64,000 nt of DNA from an uncultured candidate division Zixibacteria bacterium (GTDB taxonomy: Bacteria; Zixibacteria; MSB-5A5; UBA10806). Of the stretch, positions 21,834-32,566 are shown piece after piece. The notes below the pieces were generated by a model that saw nothing but the letters and a program-made list of their open reading frames with translations, had not been told where the DNA came from and ran no database searches. The position numbers and the translations under genes were made by a program. Each line of letters begins with the position of its first letter. Position 1 is the stretch's first letter. The DNA lies in NCBI GenBank assembly GCA_963817915.1, contig CAWFQL010000016.1:96001-160000 (forward strand). Reading direction: 5' to 3'.

Positions 21834-21942
21834 ATGTAATTATAGCGGCGTTTAGGCCGATATTTATGGTGATCCAATGTAAGTGATAAAATTATCGATT
21901 TTGCATTGATGGTGTTTAAACAAGTTGGGTTGGGAGTGGAAT

Positions 21943-23409
21943 ATGGCGTTAAGGACTTATAACGAGTATATCGCCTCATTAAAAAAGATGAGGCCGAATA
22001 TCTTTAAATTCGATGAGCTGATCGATGATGTCACAGCTCATCCGGCTACACGAAATACGGTTGAAGGACATAGCAAGTCATACAGACTTTATGATGATCC
22101 CAAAGAACGGGATATTCTAACCACTACCTCCCATCTCACCGGTGAGCCCATCAGCCGATATCTATCGATTATCAGAAGCCCTGAAGATATGTACGCTAAT
22201 AGCCATATGAAAAGACGTTTGTTCCAGCTTACCGGAACATGCACCGGCGGACGATGTGTCGGCTGGACTGCCCTCAATTCTCTTTTTGCCACAACATTCG
22301 AGATAGATGAAAAACTCGGCACAGATTATCATAAACGTTTGCTGGCATGGCTGAAGGACGCGCAGGCACGGGATATTACAATCGCGGGAGCTCTCACCGA
22401 TGCCAAGGGCGACCGCACCAAGACGCCATCACATCAAGATGATCCCGATTTGTCGCTTCATATTGTCGAATATCGAAAAGAGGGCATAGTAGTCCGAGGC
22501 GCTAAGGTCATGATATGCGGAGTTGCGGCCGCTAATGAGATATTTATACTTCCAGGATCAGGATACAAAGAGCAAGACAAAGATTATGCCGTATCATTTG
22601 TAATTCCTCGCGATATAGAGAATTTGACTATTGTTGAAACTCGCAGGCCGAGCGATACCAGGGAATACGAAGAAGGATTCGATATCCCGAACAAAGAAGG
22701 CGGAATCACTCAGGCGTACTTGTTTTTCGAAGATGTCTTTATTCCCAATGAGCGGGTATTCATGGCGGGCGAATATCAGTTCGCATTGACTACCGTAATG
22801 TATTTTATTGGAGCTTACCGCGCGGCTATAGGTGGATGTGTCGCCGGACAAGGCGATGTCAAAATCGGAGCCGCAATCCTGACCGCACGCACCAATGGCC
22901 TGCAATCCAAAATCTTCAATGACAAAATCACCCAGATGCATGTCAACAATGAAACCACCTATGGCGTGGGTATCGCGGCAGCCGCGCTGGGAAAGAAGCA
23001 TCCATCCGGTTTTTGGCTGTGCGACCAGCTTCTATCCAATGTCAACAAAGTGCATGTAGCGACATTGCCCTATGAGACATCGCGCCTGGCTCAGGAAATA
23101 TCTGGTGGAATTGCCGAGACCGGTTGTATGCCGTCATACAAGGATTTCAAATCGATGAAATACGGTCATCTGATTCAAAAATATATGAAGGCAAAATCAT
23201 CGGCCGAATCTCGTGCTCGCGCCGCGCGGCTGGTGGAATGGTGCACTATAGGCGCTGGGGTTCCGGGATGCATGCACGGCGGAGGCTCACCCGATGGCGC
23301 CAAGCTTGTTATCAGGGCATCGACCAATCTTGAAGAGAAAGTCGAATTTGCCCGCAAACTCGCCGGGATTAAAGAAAATATCCCTGAGCCAGAGATTCAA
23401 AAAAAATAA
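21943..23409 (+). CDS. 4-hydroxybutyryl-CoA dehydratase / HpaB-family flavoprotein (atypical)
   Basis: TGTCTGGRCVG, GALTDAKGDR, GIVVRGAK, VFIPNERVF, MHGGGSP. Confidence 0.8.
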   Translation: MALRTYNEYIASLKKMRPNIFKFDELIDDVTAHPATRNTVEGHSKSYRLYDDPKERDILTTTSHLTGEPISRYLSIIRSPEDMYANSHMKRRLFQLTGTCTGGRCVGWTALNSLFATTFEIDEKLGTDYHKRLLAWLKDAQARDITIAGALTDAKGDRTKTPSHQDDPDLSLHIVEYRKEGIVVRGAKVMICGVAAANEIFILPGSGYKEQDKDYAVSFVIPRDIENLTIVETRRPSDTREYEEGFDIPNKEGGITQAYLFFEDVFIPNERVFMAGEYQFALTTVMYFIGAYRAAIGGCVAGQGDVKIGAAILTARTNGLQSKIFNDKITQMHVNNETTYGVGIAAAALGKKHPSGFWLCDQLLSNVNKVHVATLPYETSRLAQEISGGIAETGCMPSYKDFKSMKYGHLIQKYMKAKSSAESRARAARLVEWCTIGAGVPGCMHGGGSPDGAKLVIRASTNLEEKVEFARKLAGIKENIPEPEIQKK

Positions 23410-23421
23410 AGTATTTGGATT

Positions 23422-24792
23422 TCAAGCAATCCAAATTGTCTTGATATTTACAAATTCCTTGATTCCGTAATGCGATAGCTCCCGACCGTAACCCGATCGC
23501 TTGATACCCCCGAATGGCAATCGCGGGTCCGACTTGGTCATGCCATTGACAAAAACCGCGCCTGATTGAATCCTTCTCGCCACAGCCTCACCCTTTTTAA
23601 TATCCTTAGTCCAAACCGACCCCCCGAGCCCGAACAATGAATCATTGGCTACTGCGATCGCATCTTCAGTATCTTTTACAGGGATAATTGCTGTTACCGG
23701 TCCGAAGGTTTCCTGATCATAAGCAGGCATCACTTTTTTGACATTAGTCAGGACGGTTGGCAGATAAAATGATCCTTTACCATCTAATCTTTTCCCGCCA
23801 CAAAGCAGTTTCGCGCCCATGGCGATTGATCTTTTAACTTGTATATCGAGCTCATCCAGCAAATCCGGTCGAGCTAATGGCCCGACCTGAGTTTGCTCAT
23901 CCAACGGATCGCCAAGCTTAAGGCCGCTCATTATTTTTGTATTTCGCTCTTCGAATTCCTTGAGTACTTTTTCGACTACGATAAACCGTTTGGCGGAAAT
24001 ACAGCTCTGGCCGTTATTGATCATACGGGCTTTAACTGCAGTTTCGATACATTTGGATAAATCGGCGTCATCGAGAACGATGTATGGGTCGGAGCCTCCA
24101 AGCTCCAACAGAGTTTTCTTCAACTCATGACCTGCAATCGAGGCCACTTGCATTCCGGCTGGCTCGCTGCCCGTTAGTGTTACCGCTTTTATATAGGGAT
24201 TTCTAATTACCTTTTCTACCTGAGCAGATGAAATCATTATTGTCCGAAATAGATTTTCAGGAAATCCAGCTTGATGGAAAATATCTTCTATCGCCAAAGC
24301 GCATCCGGGGACATTCGAGGCATGCTTGAGAATCCCGGCATTGCCTGCCATCAGTGCGGGCGCCGCGAAACGAAATACCTGCCAGAACGGAAAATTCCAG
24401 GGCATGACAGCCAATACTATACCCAATGGTTCAAATGTCACGAAGCTTTTGCTGGCATCGGTCTGAATAATTTCATCGGCCAAAAATCGTTCGGCGTTGT
24501 CGGCGTAGTATTCGCATACCCAGGCGCATTTTTCGATCTCGGCTCGCGATTCGGAGATGATTTTCCCCATTTCCAATGTCATAGTTCTCGAATATTGCTC
24601 GCTATTTGCTCGAAGGATTTTGGCGGCGTTGCGCATCAATTTGCTTCGTTCGACAAATGACACCTGACTCCATTTTGAAAATTCAGCGTTAACAGAGTAT
24701 ATAATTTGCGCCGCTTCAGAATCCGAATGATCTTTATATTCACTGATTAATTGATTAGTCGCCGGATTTATGGATTTCATAATTTCCTCCAA
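23422..24792 (-). CDS. NAD(P)-dependent succinate-semialdehyde dehydrogenase (Sad/GabD type)
   Basis: VMPWNFPFWQ, LKHAS, ELGGSDP, NNGQSCISAKR, ETFGP, PFGGIKRSGYGREL. Confidence 0.92.
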   Translation of the reverse strand: MEEIMKSINPATNQLISEYKDHSDSEAAQIIYSVNAEFSKWSQVSFVERSKLMRNAAKILRANSEQYSRTMTLEMGKIISESRAEIEKCAWVCEYYADNAERFLADEIIQTDASKSFVTFEPLGIVLAVMPWNFPFWQVFRFAAPALMAGNAGILKHASNVPGCALAIEDIFHQAGFPENLFRTIMISSAQVEKVIRNPYIKAVTLTGSEPAGMQVASIAGHELKKTLLELGGSDPYIVLDDADLSKCIETAVKARMINNGQSCISAKRFIVVEKVLKEFEERNTKIMSGLKLGDPLDEQTQVGPLARPDLLDELDIQVKRSIAMGAKLLCGGKRLDGKGSFYLPTVLTNVKKVMPAYDQETFGPVTAIIPVKDTEDAIAVANDSLFGLGGSVWTKDIKKGEAVARRIQSGAVFVNGMTKSDPRLPFGGIKRSGYGRELSHYGIKEFVNIKTIWIA

Positions 24793-24883
24793 TATTCGTC
24801 ACGCCATCTACACATAAATATAATATACAGACAAAATCCCACAAACCATCTATAAATATAATAGTTAGAATTCGGAATTTTAA

Positions 24884-25063
24884 CCCGGTCGTAGTCCCGA
24901 CATGAAATGTCGGGGCGTGAACCGCTCCGGCAGAATAATTACCCCGATGTAATATGATGCAGAAGTATTTATACTAAATTGATACCCATTTCTGTGGTGC
25001 AGCGCGGTTCACGCCCGTCAAAGGCCAAATTGAAAATCTGGCCTTTGACGGACTACGACCGGG
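24884..25063. repeat. REPIN-like nested inverted repeat
   Basis: cccggtcgtagtcc...ggactacgaccggg outer IR, gggcgtgaaccgc/gcggttcacgccc inner IR, each arm interrupted by its own hairpin. Confidence 0.75.
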
Positions 25064-25192
25064 CAAAACAACAAACATCTCGAATAAAATTTGCATCCAA
25101 ACAAAGCCCTTGCCCGTATCAATACTATGACTTAATTTGCCTTACTATGATTTATTTAGCTTGCATTGAACGCATACAGAAAAGGAAATTAT

Positions 25193-28100
25193 ATGAACAA
25201 ACATTTTGTGCTGGTTGGCCAAACACTGTTTTTTATCGCCTTTGCTTTTGCGGTTGTTATGGCCAATACATATTTTGAAAAATTGCAGCCCGGCCAGAAA
25301 ATCAGCGGATTTTCTGTAATGAATCTCTATGTCAATAGCGCCGACAAAGCGACCGGCGCTCGTTTTATTTCTGATAAGTACGGTTTTATAGTCGATCTCA
25401 TGCAGATACAGTCTGTTCCGCAGGGATTTTTCTGGATCAAGACATTACCGACTTCCGACAAAGGCGAGGCTCATACTTGCGAGCATCTGCTCTTAGGCAA
25501 GGGCAATCGTGGAAGGTATGTGGCCGCGCTCGAAGATATGGCGCTAGGCAATAGCACCGCATATACCGCTCAAGTAAAGACCTGCTACAGTTTCAATACT
25601 ATCGCCGGTGGAGAAACATTCTATAAAATCCTGCAGGCCAAGCTCGAGGCTTTCCTGCATCCCGATTTCACCGATGAGGAGATTCGTCGCGAGGTCTGTC
25701 ATATCGGGGTTAATAAGGATCAGGAAACCGGCAAATTATCACTCGAAGAAAAAGGAACTGTCTATACGGAGATGGTAAGCTCTTTCGAGAAGCCCTGGTA
25801 TTATTATTATGATGCCATGTCGCGCATGCTCTATGGAGACAATCATCCGCTGGTAAATAATTCCGGCGGAAAACCGGAAGCTCTGCGAACATTAACACCG
25901 CAAGACCTATGGAAATTCCATTCTGATTATTATCGATTATCGAATATGGGAATTATCGTCTCGATCCCCGATGATATCACAGTAGAGTCCTTCCTCGAAA
26001 AAATGGCGAAGATTCTCGATGACAGCAAAGATAAACCTGAGTCCAATAAATATGTCGGAATGAGCGAATATCCGCTTCCCGAACCGAAGTCAGCGCCATT
26101 CGGGACAGTGAATTTAGTCAAATACCCCAGCGATAACAAAGAAGACCCGGGTGAGATGCATTTCTGCTGGCCGCCGGATTTGGATCCGAGTAATCAGCAA
26201 AGCATGATGATCGACCTTTTTCTTTCGGCTTTCAGCGATGGCACTACATCGAACCTCTATGATATTTTCATAAATTCCAAAACCCGCAAGATCAATCTCG
26301 GCGGCAATAGTGTTTCCAGTTGGAATCCGAACTACCAGGGACACCCGATTTGGATAACACTTGATGGGCTCGATAATTCCAATGTTACCCAGCCGATGAT
26401 CGATACGGTCAGGACAATGATTGTCGATGAGCTCAAACGGATCTACAGCTTCGGCGACAATTCTCCTGAGCTAAAAGAATTCAATGACAGAGTAAGAAGC
26501 AGACTTATCCAGCAACGCAAGCAGATGGAGGATTATCTCAATTCACCGCCGATGTTTGGATTTCGCGGCGGCTCCGGCGGCGGATGGGCATCGAATTTAG
26601 AGACCCTGGAAAAGGATTCCAATTTCCGAAAATCATTGGTACTAAAAAATGATTTCGCATACGCGGAATCGCTTCTCGCGACAAATGCCAATATCTGGAA
26701 GAATCTGATCGACTACTGCTATTTCCTCAAAATCATTCCGTATGCAGTCGGTTCGACTCCCGACCCCGCAATGGTCACCCAGATGAAAGATTCGAAAGAG
26801 ACTCGTCTGGCGGGCTATATGAATGATTTTGAAAAGAAATATGGAACCACTGACGGCCAGAAGGCTATTGAAAAATATAAAGAGGAATTCGACAAGAAGA
26901 CAGCTGAGTTGGATAAGATTGCCGCGGGACAAAAGCTGCCAGGCTTTATAGACAATCCTCCTATGACGCTCGATGATCAAATTAAGTACGAGACGATCAA
27001 GCTCAACAACAATGTGCCGCTGGTGGCCTCGTCATTTGAAAATATGAATTCAGCGACTATTGGGATCGAACTTCGCCTTGATGTTGTCCCTGAATCGCTA
27101 CTTGTCTATTTGCCTCTACTGCCAGATATACTCACATCGATCGGGGTAGTTGAAGATGGCAAAATTATACCGTATGAAGAGATGAGGAAACGGCTCCAAA
27201 ACGAAGTGCTTAGATTGGATTCTGATTTCGATTTTGGCTATCAGACGGGGAGAATTGAACTGACTCTCTCCGGCTCCGGGAGCAATCTCGATGAATTAAA
27301 AAACGCTATTCACTGGATGAAACTCTCGCTCTATTCCCCTTATTTAAACGCTGACAATCTTCCACGGATTACTGACATAATTGATCAAACATTAATCTCA
27401 ATGCGCAATACGATGAAAGCTCCGGAAGAATACTGGGTTAATTACGCCGCCTTGGCATATAGATTCCAGTCGAATCCCTTATTCCTTTCGACCAATACAT
27501 TTTTTACAAAGGTTCATCATCTACAAAGGCTTCGTTTCATGCTGACCGATCCGGGGACGTCCGACCAGCAAAGAGAGATTTCCGCATTTATCGATTCCTT
27601 GAACTCATTTGGGAAAAATAAAAGCAGAGAAGAGCTTGCCAGTCTGCTTGATAGCATCGAAGCAAATTCGGCGGCTTCCCCGTTCAAGCCGCAAATATCG
27701 GGCTTGACGCCGGTATCACAGGACAACGCGAAATTGATTATCAAGACATTGAAATCGGACCTGGCCGACATCCCTGACGCTAATCTCAAAAGCGATTGGA
27801 TCTTATTTATGCGGAGAAATCAAGAATGATCTAATGGTCAAACCTGATATGGCATTGAATGAAATTAAGGCCGTGCTTACCATGCTTTGCAAATCCGATA
27901 ATGCCCGCATGTATATGATATCCAATTCGGATGACCGCAAGGCGTCACTAAATCTCATCAACGATTTCGCCGGCATACTTGATTCCAAGACAACCTCCGT
28001 AAAACAAAAGTATCACGACTCGAATCAAATCAAGCGCGGGCTCAAGAGCCGTGAGCCAAACGCAGACAATCCCGTGTATGTCGGTCTTATAAACGAAGGA

Positions 28101-28751
28101 ACACGCAATGGCGTCCTGATGAATTCGGCAAGCTATGCGGGAGAATATGACACCACGACCAATAGCGTATTGAATTGCCTTGCGGGAAAGCTTTTCAGTG
28201 GCGGCGGCCCGCATGGCTTATTTATGAGAACATGGGGAGCGGGGCTGGCCTATAGCAACGGAGTTTCCGTAAATGAAACTAACGGCCGTGTAGCTTATTA
28301 TGCCGAACGGTGTCCTGATGTTTCCGAGACGATGCGATTTGTTGTAAACGAATTAAAAAATGCGAAGGATGATCCTTCATTGACCGATTATACGATCGCC
28401 CTGATATTCGACCGTTCACGCGCAGCCTCTCGTTACGAAGATCGGGGACAATCAATCGCCTCAGATTTAGCCGATGGTTATACACCCGAACGAGTGTCTG
28501 CCTTCAGGACTAAGGTTCTCTCGGTTCGACACGATATGGACTTATATCAGGAATTGAAGAAACGAATGATTGATATCTATGGCAGAGTCCTGCCGGGATA
28601 TGGCAAACCATTATCGCAAAGCCCGGAAGGATGCTTCTTCTTAGTAGGCCCTGAAACTCAATTTCAATCGTATGAGAAATATATCGAGTCAGTCGAAGGG
28701 AAGCAGACAATTTACAGACTTTATCCGCGCGATTTTTGGATCACAATGTAA
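25193..28751 (+). CDS. Exported M16C (PreP/insulinase-like) zinc metallopeptidase; apparent 1-nt insertion near 27800
   Basis: HTCEH inverted zincin motif, KGTVYTEM, NSGG.P; shifted frame YLCGEIKNDLMVKP joins ORF 27834-28751. Confidence 0.85.
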
Positions 28752-28772
28752 AACCGCAGAAATTAAAATACG

Positions 28773-28805
28773 AAACGGCGATCTGATAATTCAGATCGCC
28801 GTTTT
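28773..28805. terminator. Bidirectional intrinsic terminator
   Basis: aaacggcgatctga-taat-tcagatcgccgtttt between convergent genes. Confidence 0.85.
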
Positions 28806-28820
28806 CTTTTCAAATGAATG

Positions 28821-30933
28821 TTAGAATTTCCCGAATTCTGTGTCATCGAGCGCGATTGTCGCTGCTGCCTGAGTCTTGGCTGACGAACGAGTTTTGTTTT
28901 GCAATCCCCAATTCGCGGGTGCGCCGGTCATGGAATTGGTTTTGGACCGTGGGTCTTCCGATGGCCGATTTTTAGATTGGTTCGTTGACGAATTCACATT
29001 CTTAAGTGCGAATTTCGAAAGCATCTGCTTTGAGCTGGGCCGCCTGCCCCGACAACTCCTCGGCCGCAGAGGCGCTTTCTTCCGCGCTGGCTGTGTTGGA
29101 TTGAGTTACCTGATCGATCTGGCCTAACCCGGTATTCACCTGCTCTATACCTTGGGCTTGCTCATTGGATGCGCTGGCTATCTCGCCCACCAGGTCCGTC
29201 ACCTTGGTCACTCCGCCTACTATTTCTTCCAACGCCTTGGCAGTGGCGTTGGCGATATCGGTGCCGTTCTCGACTTTCTTTACAGAACCCTCGATTAATT
29301 CGGTGGTCTCTTTAGCTGCTTTCGCTGAACGTTGAGCCAGATTCCTGACTTCTTCCGCCACCACCGCGAATCCCTTACCATGTACTCCCGCACGGGCCGC
29401 TTCAACTGCCGCGTTCAGGGCCAGCAGATTGGTCTGGAATGCTATCTCATCAATAACCTTGATAATCTTCGATATTTGACCTGAAGACTCGTTGATCTCC
29501 TTCATTGCCGATAACATCTCTCTCATCCGCTCATTACCCTTGCCGGCATTGTCTCGTGCCGATGATGCCAATTGATTCGCCTGAGTAGCATTCTCTGCGT
29601 TCTGTTTGGTTTGCGATGTCATCTCGGTCATCGATGATGTTACTTCCTCTATTGAGCTAGCCTGCTCGGTCGCTCCTTGCGATAGCGCCTGGCTCGAATC
29701 CGATACTTGTTCTGAGCCGGAAGCTATCTGGTCCACTGACTGCGCGATTTGACCTAGCGTATCATTTAAAGATGCCAATGTGCTATTGATAGCATTTTTC
29801 ATGATTGCATGATTGCCCTTATATTCGCCGGTCATACCTCCCGAAAGATCACCCTTCGACATTTCCTCAAGGACCGCGACTGCTTCGTTCACCGGCATTA
29901 TTACAGCATCAAGAGTCTCATTTACTCCGCTGATTATTTCAGCGTAACTGCCCTTAAACTTACCGGCATCGCCGCGAGTCTGTAGCTTGCCCTCAACGGC
30001 TGCACGGGAAAGCATCCCGGATTCGGACACTAATCCGCGCAATGAATCGGTCATTTCAATGAAGGCGGGTCCCATTTGATCCCGTGCATCGGCTACTCTG
30101 TCCATTGTGTTTGCCAAAATTCCGATTTCATCCTGTCTTGAAAGATTTAATCTATTATTAGAATCGCGATGGATGGCATCGGAATTTATCGATAGATCGC
30201 CGTGTGCTATCTTGGTCATAGTTGAAGTCATATTTGTTTGTAAATCCTCTGCTAATTCATGCATTTTGTCCACGACTTTTGATAATGGCATTGTAATTGA
30301 TTTCGTAAGCCAGATTCCAAGTCCGAGCGCAACCAAAACTCCAATACCGATGACGATTAATGAAATATAGGTAGCTCGTGCCGCACCGGCTTTATTGCTG
30401 GAAGCTGTCGCGCTTGCCTCATTGATTTTCAATTCCACCATCTTATCAATCGCGTCATTGCAAATTACTGTGGTCGCCTGAGAAGCCCCATCCAATAACG
30501 CCCAGGCCTCGGCGTCTCTGTTCTGCAATTTTAGATTTTTCAATGTAATTAGCTGACCGTCAAATTCCTTCTTCGCCGCTGCAAATACATCATACGCCTT
30601 TTTCAAATCCTCACTGTTTATTCTTTTTTCAAAATCCGCAATCGCCTTCAGCGCGGGGCAGTTCAGCCATTCGATTCTCGCGGCCTTCTTCTTGACGACC
30701 TCCGGATCGTTGGCTCGAAGAATATCGCGGATATTGACTCGAACTCGATTGAACCATGTGCCTATTTCAACCAGGTCTGATATCGGTACGGTCACATCGT
30801 CATACATCTTCGTATCATTGGCCGCTATCTTATTCATTTCCCCGATTCCCAAAGCACCTATGGTTACGACTATAAGCGCAACTAATATAAAGCCGCCAAT
30901 AAGCTTTGGGCCCAGTTTGAGTCTATTTAACAT
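28821..30933 (-). CDS. Methyl-accepting chemotaxis protein (4HB sensor, HAMP, signalling domain); apparent 1-nt insertion near 29030
   Basis: [30 protein letters not shown]; shifted tail ends [11 protein letters not shown], resembling a C-terminal pentapeptide. Confidence 0.93.
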
Positions 30934-31175
30934 TGCTTCCTCCAGGGATTGATGTGATGTTTATTAGAAAAGACTATCCAAATGCTCGCACGTTAGTAAA
31001 AGGCAAGTCCCTCCAATATTCCTCGAATGCAAATCAGCCCCCCGGCCATAAAAGAGGATTACCTGAGAAAGTCTCGATCAATATTATCTGGCTCTTTTCG
31101 CACCTCTCATTTGTATTGTTTTTCAAATTTACTTAGAATCAAACTGCTTTATGATAATAATTTCTGTTAGCGTTA

Positions 31176-31193
31176 TTGTGATATTATTCACAA
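31176..31193. promoter_or_regulatory. Rex-like operator between divergent MCP and pilT
   Basis: TTGTGA-tattat-TCACAA, a perfect 18-bp palindromic match to the Rex pattern. Confidence 0.6.
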
Positions 31194-31480
31194 TCTGCTA
31201 TTTTTCAATCCAGTCATAGAATCGACAGATTATAGTCAATAATAATTTTCTTATAATAGCATTAGCTAAAAGCGCTATAAAGTGAAACAGCCTTAAAAAT
31301 TATTGGCGCATAATTAAGGAGAAAAGACAAACAGAGATTACCTACGTGCTAATTCACGCGAAATTCCCCCAATTTCACCTGTTTTATTTATTTTAAAAAA
31401 TATCTCGCACAATTTAATTCAAATTCCAGCAAACCTTCCGATAAAAAGAATAAAGGCGGTACTGTCTTTAAAACAAAACT

Positions 31481-32566
31481 ATGGCTAAGATAGATCAGCT
31501 CCTAAAAATCGTTAAGGATGCCAGCGCTTCCGATTTGCATCTAATGGTCGGCAGTGTTCCTGTAATCAGGAAAAATGGCGAATTGGAAAAAACCCATACC
31601 AAAACACTCACAAGCGATTCTATCAAGCAGCTTATATACGAAATCCTTTCAGATAATCAGATACGCAATTTTGAGAGATGCGGCGATCTGGATTTCGCTT
31701 ACGGGATCGATGCTTTAGCGCGATTCAGGGTCAATATATACCAGACATATTCTGGAATTGGGGCCGCCATTCGTTTGATTCCAGATCAGCTTTATGACCT
31801 ATCCACGCTTGGATTCAGCGAGGCAGTTACTAAACTGGCTGAATATAAATCCGGTATCGTACTAATCACCGGACCTACCAATTCAGGCAAAACCACCACC
31901 CTTGCTTCAATGGTCGATCATATCAATACTAAATTCTCGAAACATATTATTACATTGGAAGACCCTATCGAATATGTGCATGTAAACAAAAATTCTCTTA
32001 TCTCACAGCGTCAGATTGGATTTCATTCGGAATCGTTCCCATTGGCTCTTAGGGCCGCGTTGCGTGAAGATCCCGATGTCATCCTCGTGGGAGAAATGAG
32101 AGATACCGAGACTATTTCATTGGCTATAACAGCGGCCGAAGTCGGGCTTTTGGTGCTGGGAACCTTGCACACGCGGACTGCGGCGAGCACGATAGATCGC
32201 ATTATCGATGTTTTCCCTTCGGTGCAGCAGCAGCAGATACGAATAATGCTGGCCGATTCAATTATCGGAGTCATTTCACAACAGCTCGTCAGAAAAGCCG
32301 ATAATTCCGGGCGAACTGTAGCGTTTGAGCTTCTAACGAGAGCGGCTTCCCTCTCTAATCTCATAAGAGAAGCCAAGACCCATCAAATACCAACGGCGAT
32401 ACAAACCGGGAAAAAATTGGGAATGCAGCTACTCGATAATCATCTACGAGAGCTTATTGACAATGGGACAATAACCCCCGACGAAGCCATGCGAGTCGCT
32501 ATCGATCCGGCGACCTTCAATTCATACAAAACGAGCCGAACTTCTCAGGAGTTTGTGAAAGTCTAA
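31481..32566 (+). CDS. pilT: Type IV pilus retraction ATPase PilT family
   Basis: ASDLHL, RFRVNIY, GPTNSGKTTT, TLEDPIE, AALREDPDVILVGEMRD, GTLHT, NLIRE. Confidence 0.92.
   Translation: MAKIDQLLKIVKDASASDLHLMVGSVPVIRKNGELEKTHTKTLTSDSIKQLIYEILSDNQIRNFERCGDLDFAYGIDALARFRVNIYQTYSGIGAAIRLIPDQLYDLSTLGFSEAVTKLAEYKSGIVLITGPTNSGKTTTLASMVDHINTKFSKHIITLEDPIEYVHVNKNSLISQRQIGFHSESFPLALRAALREDPDVILVGEMRDTETISLAITAAEVGLLVLGTLHTRTAASTIDRIIDVFPSVQQQQIRIMLADSIIGVISQQLVRKADNSGRTVAFELLTRAASLSNLIREAKTHQIPTAIQTGKKLGMQLLDNHLRELIDNGTITPDEAMRVAIDPATFNSYKTSRTSQEFVKV

Noticed and set aside
27790..27834. Programmed ribosomal frameshifting at gene breaks
   Set aside because: No shared slippery heptamer or stimulatory structure, and the affected families are not known to be recoded.
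30934..31140. c-di-GMP riboswitch upstream of the MCP
   Set aside because: No GGCAAA..GAAA..GACGCAAA core recognisable on the coding strand.
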